From Candidatus Moraniibacteriota bacterium (GTDB taxonomy: Bacteria; Patescibacteriota; Minisyncoccia; Moranbacterales; UBA1568), in NCBI GenBank assembly GCA_049303555.1, contig JBAQNF010000025.1, forward strand, positions 1 to 43,209: DNA of 43,209 nucleotides. Reading direction: 5' to 3'. The position numbers were made by a program, and so were the translations under genes. Below the pieces are notes generated by a model, which searched no databases, was not told the DNA's origin, and saw nothing but the letters and a program-made list of their open reading frames with translations. This document shows positions 28,950 through 37,300 of the stretch, in pieces. The first letter of the stretch is position 1, and each line of letters opens with the position of its first letter.

Positions 28950-28978
28950 CTGGATCCCGGCTCAGAGGCCGGGATGAC
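28950..28978 (+). repeat. right hairpin repeat of the GIY-YIG cassette
   Basis: 8-bp perfect stem ATCCCGGC/GCCGGGAT with loop TCAGAG. Relative to the left copy, the innermost stem pair is changed on both strands, so pairing is preserved. Confidence 0.9.
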
Positions 28979-29048
28979 AGAGGTGGTCGAGCAAGAAAAA
29001 AGCCCCGGCGCGGTGCGCAGGGGCGGGTGGTGGTTGGGCGGCGGTTCG

Positions 29049-29294
29049 CTAGCGCTTGAGCGCCGCGAGGATCCGCAGAACGACCGTCCCAGTCAGCCAG
29101 CCGGAGATGGTCAGCATCACCAAGGAAATCAGAATGGGAGCCTTGTAGGCATCAGGCGTTTGAACCAGGGTGGCGGTCCAGGTCATGATAGACATGCCGA
29201 AGCTGATCACAGCGCCCATAGTGAGGAGCGCTACTGTAGAGGTATCCATCTGATCCTCTGCTTGGTCGGGGATGTCCGTTGATTGGTTGGTCAT
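29049..29294 (-). CDS. small two-TM membrane protein (81 aa)
   Basis: Hydrophobic segments VALLTMGAVISFGMSIM and ILISLVMLTISGWLTGTVVL. The leader is homologous to that of the upstream small gene. A terminator-like GC hairpin plus T-tract follows the stop, near 28995-29025 on the minus strand. Confidence 0.55.
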   Translation of the reverse strand: MTNQSTDIPDQAEDQMDTSTVALLTMGAVISFGMSIMTWTATLVQTPDAYKAPILISLVMLTISGWLTGTVVLRILAALKR

Positions 29295-29348
29295 GGGTAA
29301 CCCTTTCAGGGTGGTTGGGGATGAGGGCGTGCCGAAGCACGGTGGGGG

Positions 29349-29519
29349 TTAGGACGTTTTCTTGGGGAAGGCGTAGGCGATGTGGCCACTACCAACAAAC
29401 ATCACGATGAAGCCAATCAGTGGACCCCAGCTTCCTGGCTTGGAGATGCCAGTTACGATGGCGGTAGTTATGCCAGATGAAAGCAGCAGAATCCCAAGGG
29501 CAAGTCGGAAGCGACTCAT
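29349..29519 (-). CDS. small two-TM membrane protein (56 aa from the second Met)
   Basis: MSRFRLALGILLLSSGITTAIV...LIGFIVMFVGSGHIAYAF. AAGGA lies about 7 nt upstream of the ATG at 29519. The ORF track extends the ORF to 29552. Confidence 0.55.
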   Translation of the reverse strand: MSRFRLALGILLLSSGITTAIVTGISKPGSWGPLIGFIVMFVGSGHIAYAFPKKTS

Positions 29520-29580
29520 GATGAATCCTTTCGTGGTTGTGTGCCGAGGCACGGGGTTGTTAAGGCACTGGTAACGTTCT

Positions 29581-29609
29581 ATTGTAGCATAAAACTAAGA
29601 AAAAGTCAA
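29581..29609 (-). promoter_or_regulatory. near-consensus promoter (TTGACT-17-TACAAT) on the minus strand
   Basis: The reverse complement of 29581-29609 reads TTGACT ttttcttagttttatgc TACAAT, upstream of the tandem small membrane genes. Confidence 0.65.
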
Positions 29610-29690
29610 TAGCACGTAAAAAAGGTGTGGAATGAAATGAAGGAATAGGTTAGAATGGGTAATATCCTCAAGAAATAATGCTTTTTTACT

Positions 29691-30362
29691 ATGCGTTCTA
29701 CCATTGCTGACTATCTGCCGCTTGATCGACCGCTGATTATTTTCGATCTCGAAACGACTGGGCTGGCGCATGGTGAAGACAAGATCGTCGAGCTGGCTTA
29801 TGAAAAAATCATGCCCAATGGTGAGGTGATCTCGTATTGTCAGCGGATTGATCCTGGGATGCCGATGCCGGCTGATGCCAGTAGTATCAATGGCATTTAT
29901 GACAAAGATCTGGTCGGTTGTCCGAGCTTTGCCAAACTCTCCTACGAGCTGTGGAATATGTTTGACGGATCGGATGTCGGCGGATTCAACATCACGGGGT
30001 TTGATCTGCCGTTTTTGCGGGGTGAATTTTCAAGCGTTGGGAAAAATTTTGATTTTACCAAAAAGAAAGTACTGGATGCCAAGATTCTCTATCACAAGAT
30101 GACGGCCAAGAATATGTTTGCTCCGCGCAATCTCTCGGCCGCTTACAAATTGTATTTTGGCAAAGAACACACGACAGCGCATACCGGTGCGGGTGACGTG
30201 CGGGTGACGGTAGAGATTCTCGAGAAGCAGTTGGAGCAGTATCCGGAGTTTCGGAATTGGGAATATCTAGCCGAGCTTCATGGGAACAAAAAACTGCTTG
30301 AATCAGCCAAAACAGAGCATGCACCGCTGGTAGAATCTAAGCCAGTCGGAACATTATTTTAG
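29691..30362 (+). CDS. DEDDh 3'-5' exonuclease (DnaQ/epsilon-like domain)
   Basis: ExoI motif IIFDLETTGL, ExoII-like NITGFDLPFL, and ExoIII HTAHTGAGDV. Confidence 0.8.
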   Translation: MRSTIADYLPLDRPLIIFDLETTGLAHGEDKIVELAYEKIMPNGEVISYCQRIDPGMPMPADASSINGIYDKDLVGCPSFAKLSYELWNMFDGSDVGGFNITGFDLPFLRGEFSSVGKNFDFTKKKVLDAKILYHKMTAKNMFAPRNLSAAYKLYFGKEHTTAHTGAGDVRVTVEILEKQLEQYPEFRNWEYLAELHGNKKLLESAKTEHAPLVESKPVGTLF

Positions 30363-30365
30363 ACT

Positions 30366-31133
30366 ATGAATTTTACAGATGCTCTCATTTTAGGTGTTGT
30401 GGAGGGATTGACGGAATTTTTTCCGATATCTTCAACCGGCCATTTGATATTGGCGGCGGAACTTTTGAAGTTGCCAGAGACAGAATTTCTCAAGACATTT
30501 CAGATCGCTATCCAGCTTGGCGCCATCCTGGCTATTGTCGCCATATATTGGCACCGGCTTTTGTTTGATCGAGAAATGATCAAGCGTCTCATCGTGGCGC
30601 TCATCCCAGCTCTCGGTATCGGCTTTCTTTTTTATAAGGCCATCAAGGGACTCTTTGAATCGAGCTTGGTCGTGGTGGTGGCTCTGTTTGTGGGTGGTGT
30701 TATCCTTATTGTCTTTGAGTGGTGGTATCAGAAAACCGAACGGGTGACGACTGAACTTGATGCGATGGATTACAAAACAGCCTTCTTCATCGGACTTTTT
30801 CAGACGCTCTCGGTTATTCCCGGTGTTTCGCGAGCAGGGGCGACGCTTCTTGGCGGACTATTTCTGGGGATGAGTCGTACCGCGATTGTAGAGTTTTCAT
30901 TTTTGCTTGCCGTACCGACCATGGTAGCGGCCACGACGCTCGATATCTGGAAAAATGCCGGAGCCTTTTCTTCCAATGATTTTTCATTGCTTTTGGTTGG
31001 CTTTGTGACAGCTTTTTTCGTGGCTTTGGCAGCGGTGAAGTTTCTCCTGCGTTTTGTGGAAACGCATACATTTATCGCTTTTGGCGTGTATCGGATGATT
31101 CTGGCAGCACTCTTTTTTCTCTTTATACTCTAG
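30366..31133 (+). CDS. uppP: undecaprenyl-diphosphate phosphatase
   Basis: GVVEGLTEFFPISSTGHL and the PGVSRAGAT motif are typical of UppP/BacA. Confidence 0.92.
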   Translation: MNFTDALILGVVEGLTEFFPISSTGHLILAAELLKLPETEFLKTFQIAIQLGAILAIVAIYWHRLLFDREMIKRLIVALIPALGIGFLFYKAIKGLFESSLVVVVALFVGGVILIVFEWWYQKTERVTTELDAMDYKTAFFIGLFQTLSVIPGVSRAGATLLGGLFLGMSRTAIVEFSFLLAVPTMVAATTLDIWKNAGAFSSNDFSLLLVGFVTAFFVALAAVKFLLRFVETHTFIAFGVYRMILAALFFLFIL

Positions 31134-31137
31134 TTTT

Positions 31138-31971
31138 ATGGCGCTTTTGTACGGCAAACCAATTGCAGAGAGAATCCTTTCAGACGTGAAGGATCGTATT
31201 GAAGGTATGGATACCGCGCCAGGACTGGCGGTGGTGCTGGTCGGTGACTCTGTCGAGTCACACAAGTATGTCGGGTTGAAAGAAGAACGCGCGGGGGAAG
31301 TAGGGATTCATTTTGAGAAGTATCTTTTTCCCAAGGAGGTAGACTGCCAAGAAATATTCCGATGCATCGAGATGCTCAATACCAAGAGTGATATCCATGG
31401 CATCATCGTGCAGCTGCCGCTTCCGGAGGGTTTTCCGACGGATGAGATTATCGCTCACATTGATCCGAAGAAAGATACAGATGGATTTCACGCGGATACG
31501 ATTCGGAAGTTTCTGGCGGGGGATTTTTCCTGTTGTCCGGTGTTTCCCCGTGCTATTGTGGACCTCATCCGGGAAACGAAAGAGACTTTTCATGGTGAAA
31601 AAGCGGTGGTGGTCGCAAATTCAGACTTGATGGGGAAGGTGATGGCGTTTACACTGTCACTGGAGGGATTGGAGAGCGGTTATATCCTCAGTTCGGAAGG
31701 TCGTGAAGCGATTGCTCGAAAAACACAAGAGGCCAGAGTAGTCGTGACCGCCTGTGGTATTCTGGACCTTCTGACGGCTGATATGCTCTCGTCAGAGGCT
31801 ATCGTTATCGATGGTGGTACTGTCCGGGTGAACGGCAAGGTACAGGGAGATGTGAAACAGGAAGAGGTGGAAAAGAAAGTGGCGTTTCTGTCGCCAGTAC
31901 CGGGCGGTGTCGGACCGGTGACGGTAGCGACGCTGCTGGCTCGAGTGACGGATGCTGCTCTGAAAAATTAA
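31138..31971 (+). CDS. folD: bifunctional methylenetetrahydrofolate dehydrogenase/cyclohydrolase
   Basis: LAVVLVGDSVESHKYV, HGIIVQLPLP, KDTDGFH and PVPGGVGPVT motifs. Confidence 0.92.
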   Translation: MALLYGKPIAERILSDVKDRIEGMDTAPGLAVVLVGDSVESHKYVGLKEERAGEVGIHFEKYLFPKEVDCQEIFRCIEMLNTKSDIHGIIVQLPLPEGFPTDEIIAHIDPKKDTDGFHADTIRKFLAGDFSCCPVFPRAIVDLIRETKETFHGEKAVVVANSDLMGKVMAFTLSLEGLESGYILSSEGREAIARKTQEARVVVTACGILDLLTADMLSSEAIVIDGGTVRVNGKVQGDVKQEEVEKKVAFLSPVPGGVGPVTVATLLARVTDAALKN

Positions 31972-32000
31972 AAATATCAAGGTCTGACCTTGATATTTTT
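31972..32000. terminator. bidirectional intrinsic terminator between folD and tRNA-Leu
   Basis: AAATATCAAGG-TCTGA-CCTTGATATTT hairpin, flanked by an A-run on the 5' side and a T-run on the 3' side. Confidence 0.8.
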
Positions 32001-32042
32001 GCTGAGAATAGGAAAGAGATGGCGCGTGAGAGAGCTCTATGT

Positions 32043-32128
32043 TGGTGCCGAGGGAGGGACTTGAACCCTCATGATATTGCTATCGCGGGATTTTGAGTCC
32101 CGTGTGTCTACCATTCCACCACCTCGGC
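32043..32128 (-). tRNA. tRNA-Leu (anticodon CAA), type II with long variable arm, CCA encoded
   Basis: The reverse complement folds as follows: acceptor GCCGAGG/CCTCGGC; D-arm GTGG-AATGGTAGA-CAC; anticodon stem CGGGA/TCCCG with loop CTCAAAA; a 16-nt variable arm; T-arm GAGGG-TTCAAGT-CCCTC; then ACCA. Confidence 0.93.
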
Positions 32129-32174
32129 AATTTTCCTTTATTGTAGCCAATTGTCTGAAAGAGGCATAGAGACA

Positions 32175-32203
32175 GGATAGAAAATTGATAATCATTTGTC
32201 AAT
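32175..32203 (+). promoter_or_regulatory. near-consensus promoter (TTGATA-17-TATAAT) for parA
   Basis: Hexamers at 32175-32180 and 32198-32203 with a 17-nt spacer. Confidence 0.65.
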
Positions 32204-32223
32204 GGACTATAATGGTTGAAGAG

Positions 32224-32328
32224 GAATCATGAAGTAAGAATCAGGAATCATGGTCAGAGACTATGACTATATTCTGGTGCTTCTTTCGTCTTGATTCATA
32301 AGTCTTGATTCTGTATTCACGCAAGAAA
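32224..32328. repeat. 15 phased heptads (105 nt) forming the parA 5' leader
   Basis: GAATCAT GAAGTAA GAATCAG GAATCAT GGTCAGA GACTATG ACTATAT TCTGGTG CTTCTTT CGTCTTG ATTCATA AGTCTTG ATTCTGT ATTCACG CAAGAAA, then ATG at 32329. The two halves are imperfectly complementary. Confidence 0.85.
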
Positions 32329-33120
32329 ATGGCCAAGGTTATTGGGTTCGTCAATCAAAAAGGCGGAGTAGGAAAAACTACTTCGACGATTAACGTTGCC
32401 ACGTATTTGGCCCAGGCCGGCAAAAAGGTGCTTCTGGTTGATCTCGACCCACAGGGCAATGCTTCGTCGGGACTTGGAATTGATGCCAAACGTCTGGAAA
32501 AAAACCTCTACCATGCCATGATTCTCGGCCAGCCGGTACAGGAAATTGTATTGCGGACGGAAACGGAAGGACTGCATATTATTCCGGCAGCGCAGGACTT
32601 GGCGGGAGCAGAGATCGAGATGGTTCATATTGAAAATCGTGAATTCCGGTTGCACAATGCGCTCCGATCGGTGCGCCCGTACTATGACTATATCTTGATC
32701 GATAGCCCTCCATCACTTGGGCTCTTGACGATCAATGGCTTGGTAGCTTCTGATGAGGTGATTATTCCGGTGCAGACAGAATACTATGCATTGGAAGGAC
32801 TCTCTCAACTTTTGGGTACGATAGAGCTCGTTCGTGAGCATTTGCAGCCGAATCTGAAAATCTGCGGAGCACTTCTCACGTTGTACGATCGTCGCAACCG
32901 GTTGGCGCGTCAGGTAGTATCGGAAGTGCGTTCGCATTTTCCTGGGCCAGTTTTTGAAAATGTCATTCCACGATCAGTACGTCTCGCAGAAGCGCCCAGT
33001 TTTGGTAAATCTATTCTCGATTTTGATGCTTTTTCCAAGGGGGCTCGTGCCTACAAGGGCGTGGTACGAGAATTGATTGCCCGCGAGGAAGAGGAGAAGA
33101 AAAAACTGAAAGTCCTTTAG
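32329..33120 (+). CDS. parA: ParA/Soj chromosome partitioning ATPase
   Basis: Deviant Walker A motif NQKGGVGKTT plus typical Soj motifs. The ATG at 32329 (MAKVIGF) is preferred. Confidence 0.93.
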   Translation: MAKVIGFVNQKGGVGKTTSTINVATYLAQAGKKVLLVDLDPQGNASSGLGIDAKRLEKNLYHAMILGQPVQEIVLRTETEGLHIIPAAQDLAGAEIEMVHIENREFRLHNALRSVRPYYDYILIDSPPSLGLLTINGLVASDEVIIPVQTEYYALEGLSQLLGTIELVREHLQPNLKICGALLTLYDRRNRLARQVVSEVRSHFPGPVFENVIPRSVRLAEAPSFGKSILDFDAFSKGARAYKGVVRELIAREEEEKKKLKVL

Positions 33121-33126
33121 TATGAA

Positions 33127-33250
33127 AAAGCACAAAACAGAAAACACAAAAGCCAAACAAAGCATAAAGCACGGACTTCAAACGAACTTGTGTTTTTGGT
33201 TTTGAAAAATGGATTTTATTTGGTATTTGTAATTTGAGCTTTGAAATTTG
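33127..33250. repeat. CA-rich then TG-rich heptad arrays filling the parA-parB spacer
   Basis: AAAGCAC AAAACAG AAAACAC AAAAGCC AAACAAA (33127-33161), then CTTGTGTTTTTGGTTTTG, then TTTATTG GTATTTG TAATTTG AGCTTTG AAATTTG (33216-33250), then 6 nt and ATG at 33257. Confidence 0.8.
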
Positions 33251-33256
33251 ATACAT

Positions 33257-34219
33257 ATGGCATCGCAACAATATGGATTGGGCAGAGGGTTGGCGTCACT
33301 TATCCCACCGCGTAAGCAAGCGGATGGCGGCGGGTCGCCTTTTGTCATCACCCCTGTCACACAGGCTTTCCCGCAGGAGGCGACAACAGATGTCGCTCCA
33401 AGCAAAGCAGGGGCAGTTGTACCGACTACAATACCGACACCACCAGCAGATGGACTTATGGAAATCCCGATTCAGAAAATTGTTCCGAATCCTCATCAGC
33501 CGAGACTTCATTTTGATGAGGCAAAACTGCAAGAATTGGCTGATTCTATCAAAGAGCACGGGATTTTGCAGCCGCTCGTGGTGACCAAAAACGGAGAGAC
33601 ATATGAAATTATTGCCGGAGAGCGTCGGTTTCAGGCTGCCAAACGAGCGGGACTCGAGACGGTGCCTGTGATGGTGCGTGATGTCACCGAGCAGCAGAAA
33701 CTTGAGCTGGCCATTATCGAAAATATCCAGCGTCATGATCTCAATCCTATCGAAGAGGCCAAGGCCTATTTGCGTTTGGTAGATGAATTTAGTTTGCCGC
33801 AGGAGCAGGTAGCGCAGAAGATGGGCAAGAGTCGGAGCGCGGTGGCCAATACATTGCGGTTGCTCCACCTTCCTATCGAGATTCAGCGCGCGGTCGCTTC
33901 GGGTAAGATTACCGAAGGTCACGCCAAGGCACTCCTCGCTATTGAAAATCCAGAAAAACAACGGGCGGTATTCGATCTCATCATCAAAGAAGAATTGACG
34001 GTACGCGAAACCGAATTGAAAGTACGAAGTATCGCCGTCAACCCACACATGCGAAGCTCGGTCGTGCTCAATCCGGAACTGCTGGAACGAACAGAACATC
34101 TGACAGAAATACTTGGTACCAAAGTGAAGATTGCACCATCTGGAAAAGGTGGCAAGGTAGTGATTGAATATTATTCTCCAGAAGATTTGGATGGACTGTT
34201 GAAACGATTGGAAGAATAG
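33257..34219 (+). CDS. parB: ParB/Spo0J partition protein
   Basis: GLGRGLASLIP, ILQPLVV, GERRFQAAKRAGL and an HTH region (QEQVAQKMGKSRSAVANTLRLL). Confidence 0.93.
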   Translation: MASQQYGLGRGLASLIPPRKQADGGGSPFVITPVTQAFPQEATTDVAPSKAGAVVPTTIPTPPADGLMEIPIQKIVPNPHQPRLHFDEAKLQELADSIKEHGILQPLVVTKNGETYEIIAGERRFQAAKRAGLETVPVMVRDVTEQQKLELAIIENIQRHDLNPIEEAKAYLRLVDEFSLPQEQVAQKMGKSRSAVANTLRLLHLPIEIQRAVASGKITEGHAKALLAIENPEKQRAVFDLIIKEELTVRETELKVRSIAVNPHMRSSVVLNPELLERTEHLTEILGTKVKIAPSGKGGKVVIEYYSPEDLDGLLKRLEE

Positions 34220-34270
34220 TTTGGAAATAGCAAAATCCAAATTTTAAATGCCAAATAACCCTGTAGTTTT

Positions 34271-34326
34271 GTGTGTTTTGACTCCCGTGTTTTGTCTGGA
34301 TTTTGTGCTTTGAAACTTGTGTCTTG
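34271..34326 (+). repeat. TG-rich heptads upstream of the LamG gene
   Basis: GTGTTTT recurs at a 14-nt spacing, followed by GATTTTG TGCTTTG AAACTTG TGTCTTG (TTG ends at 34305, 34312, 34319 and 34326), then 8 nt and ATG at 34335. The reverse complement resembles the array at 33127-33150. Confidence 0.7.
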
Positions 34327-34334
34327 AAGAGAGT

Positions 34335-37300
34335 ATGTCTTACGACGTTACCAAATCGAGAATCTTCCAGTGGCTTGGTATCATCCTGATACTGGCTGTT
34401 TTTGCTGGTGCCTACTGGTACTTCAAAGTGTACGGGAGCACGCTCAACGCTCCGCAGAATGACCTCAACACCAATGGCCTGGTCGGCCTCTGGTCGTTCA
34501 ATGGGGATGATATCAGTGGTGTCACCGCCTACGACCGGAGTGGCCAGGGGAACAATGGTACCCTCACGAGTGGCCCGACTGCGACGCAGGGCAAAGTAGG
34601 TCAGGCGCTGTCATTTGATGGAGCAGACGACAGCGTTTCGATCACGGGAGATATTATTGGGACGGGGGCCGATTCAGTCTGTGCCTGGGTGTACCCTCGT
34701 TCCGTAGGAGAAAACAGTTACGGACGTATTTTGTCAGGGGCTATTGAGAAATTTATTTTCATTATAGATTTTTCTTCTAAATTTGCTCTTCTCTCAGATG
34801 GAAGTACTGCTATTTATAGCCCTACCATTTCGTTGAATCGTTGGACTTTTGCCTGTGCCACGAGGGACGCAGCGGGAGCGGGAGTGATTTATATGGATGG
34901 TGTGGCAGTTTCTTCGGGGAGTACTGGTACGCCAGCTTCTAATGGCGCGACAACCTATATTGGGAATCGATCTACAGGAGACCGTACTTTTGATGGTTCT
35001 ATCGACGAAGTGCGTATTTATAATCGTGCTTTATCAGCTGGCGAAATCCAGTCCCTCTATACCCAGGGCAGCGGCACCAAAGTCGACTCGGCTGTTTCGC
35101 AACCTCAGGGCACCGGCCGGCTCGACAGTGGCCTGGCTGGCTACTGGAAGCTCGATGATGGCAGTGGCACCAGTATTACCAATAGCGCTACGATTGGCGG
35201 AACGACGTCTCTGACGGGAACTCCGAGCTGGACTACGGGCCAAATTGGCAGTGCCGTGGATTTTGATGGAGTGGACGATACGGCAGCTGTCACCTACAAT
35301 ACGGCGTTTACTTCATCCAATGCTCTTACCTATTCATTTTGGGCCAAACCAGATTTAAATGAAGGGAATGGAATTTTAGGATCGCTCAATGGTGAAAATG
35401 GATCAGCTTACAATTTTATTATCATAGACAATAATGGAGCGCAGTTGGGAACCCCACTCATTTCACTTCTAAGAAATATTGGGGGTACGGCTACCCGATC
35501 AGTCCAATTTACGTACCCTGTCAGCACCTGGTTTCACTATACTTATACATATGATGGTGCCAATGAACGAGTGTATATCAATGGGGCACAGGCTGGAGAG
35601 TGGGCCCAGACAGGCAGTTTCGCTTCTAATACGGAATATGGTTTAGTTTTTGGAAGAGCCCACACGACAGCAATACAGTACTATGATGGAGCTTTGGATG
35701 AGGTACGGATGTACAATCGCCCTCTTTCGTCTGACGAAGTTTCACAGCTTTACCGTCTCACTGCTCCCACATCGGTCGACACCGGTCTCAAAGGCTACTG
35801 GAGCTTCAATGGCAAAGATGTTTCCGGAACCACTGCTTACGACCGCTCTGGCGCCGGCAATACTGGCACTCTGACCAACGGCCCAACGGTGACGGATGGC
35901 AAGGTGGGGCAGGCGCTCAGTTTCGACGGGGCGGATGATTATGTAAATATACCTGATTCAACCGCACTCGATATCGGCGACACAGACGACCTGACTCTCA
36001 CCGGGTGGTTTTATCGGGATACCTCTACTACCGAGGATACTATCGTTGCCAAGCGCAATGGTCTGACATCGCCTTATGTCGGCTACATCGCCTATCTTGA
36101 CGCTGCTAACGACGAACTGACTTTTGAAGTTTCCGATGGCGTCGACGAATATTCCCTTACTTCGGTCTCAACCTTCACGACTACTGGCTGGCATCAGTAT
36201 GCCATCGTGTGGGATCAGGCCTCGGCAACCAATTCCGACATATACATTGACGGAGTAGCGAATGGCGCCACTGATACCGGCACGATCGGGAATATCGGTG
36301 ACCTCTCGAATGCCCTTGTCTTGGCCCAAGGAGCAGAATCAGACGCTAACAACCCGTTCGATGGTAGGCTGGATGAATTTCGCTTCTACAATCGCGCTCT
36401 TACTGCCACGGAAATCCAGTCCCTCTACGCCTTAGGAGGTGGCACCAAGGTAAACAGCAGCATCTCCCAAAATCAGGGCACGGGCCGGATCGACTCGGGC
36501 CTCGCTGGATACTGGGCGATGGATGAGGGGAGCGGCACCAGTGCCACTGATGCTTCAACAAACGGCAACACCGGCACCCTCACCAATGGACCGACATGGA
36601 CGACGGGACAGGTAGGCGGCGCAGTGACATTTGACGGGACAGACGATTACATTGACGTTGGAACAGCCGGGCTTACCAGTCCTACGAAATTAAGTGGAGC
36701 AGCTTGGATTAAAATTGATGATGTAGTTTTCGCAGAGTCTTATAACTTTTTTTCCAACCGTTCGGCCAGTAATCATGGCTGGACATTTGGAACGAGCGGT
36801 GGGGCTGCTAATTGTAGTGGAGTAGATTGTGATATGTTGAGGTTTACCATTCAGGGTGTGGCATCATACTCCACGACAGATAGGTTGATCATCGAAGGGC
36901 AATGGACTCATGTGGCCTTTACATGGAATGGCTCTTCCGTTTCGCTTTATGTTAATGGCAGGGTAGTGCAAACATTCAGTACGGGTTCTATGATCACTGG
37001 TTCTAACCTTCTTTTGGGTGTTCAGGGTCCATCACCCGGAGTAGCGGGGATGTTCATGGATGGGCTCATTGATGAAGCGCGGATCTATGATCGCGCTCTC
37101 TCGGCGGATGAAGTAGAACAACTCTACCTCCTCACCGCTCCCACCGGGGTAGATACCGGGCTCAAAGGCTACTGGAGCTTCAATGGTAAAGATGTCAGTG
37201 GTACGACCGCCTATGACCGCTCTGGCGTCGGCAACACTGGCACTCTGACCAACGGCCCCGCCATCACCGAAGGCCAGCTCGGCCAGGCGCTTAACTTTGA

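Larger units (their letters stand above)
28627..28978 (+). mobile_element. compact GIY-YIG nuclease cassette bounded by inverted hairpin repeats (candidate selfish element)
   Basis: The left end is GTCATCCCGGGCTTGACCCGGGATCCAG. The right end is CTGGATCCCGGCTCAGAGGCCGGGATGAC. The outer 11 and 10 nt are exact reverse complements of each other. A 96-aa GIY-YIG ORF fills the interior. Confidence 0.5.

Noticed and set aside
28974-29282. 102-aa plus-strand ORF (G/R/Q-rich) after the GIY-YIG cassette.
   Set aside because: Its composition looks like the antisense shadow of the hydrophobic minus-strand gene 29049-29294. That gene has a better start context and membrane-protein character.
32129-34334. 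Canonical parS (TGTTNCACGTGAAACA) near or inside parAB.
   Set aside because: No match was found by eye in parA, parB or their flanks, so no parS feature is reported.
34480-37300. Near-identical internal repeats in the LamG gene as a possible diversity-generating retroelement VR/TR pair.
   Set aside because: Differences between the copies are spread over all four bases, not adenine-specific. No reverse transcriptase or Avd-like gene is in the window. The repeats correspond to whole protein-domain duplications.
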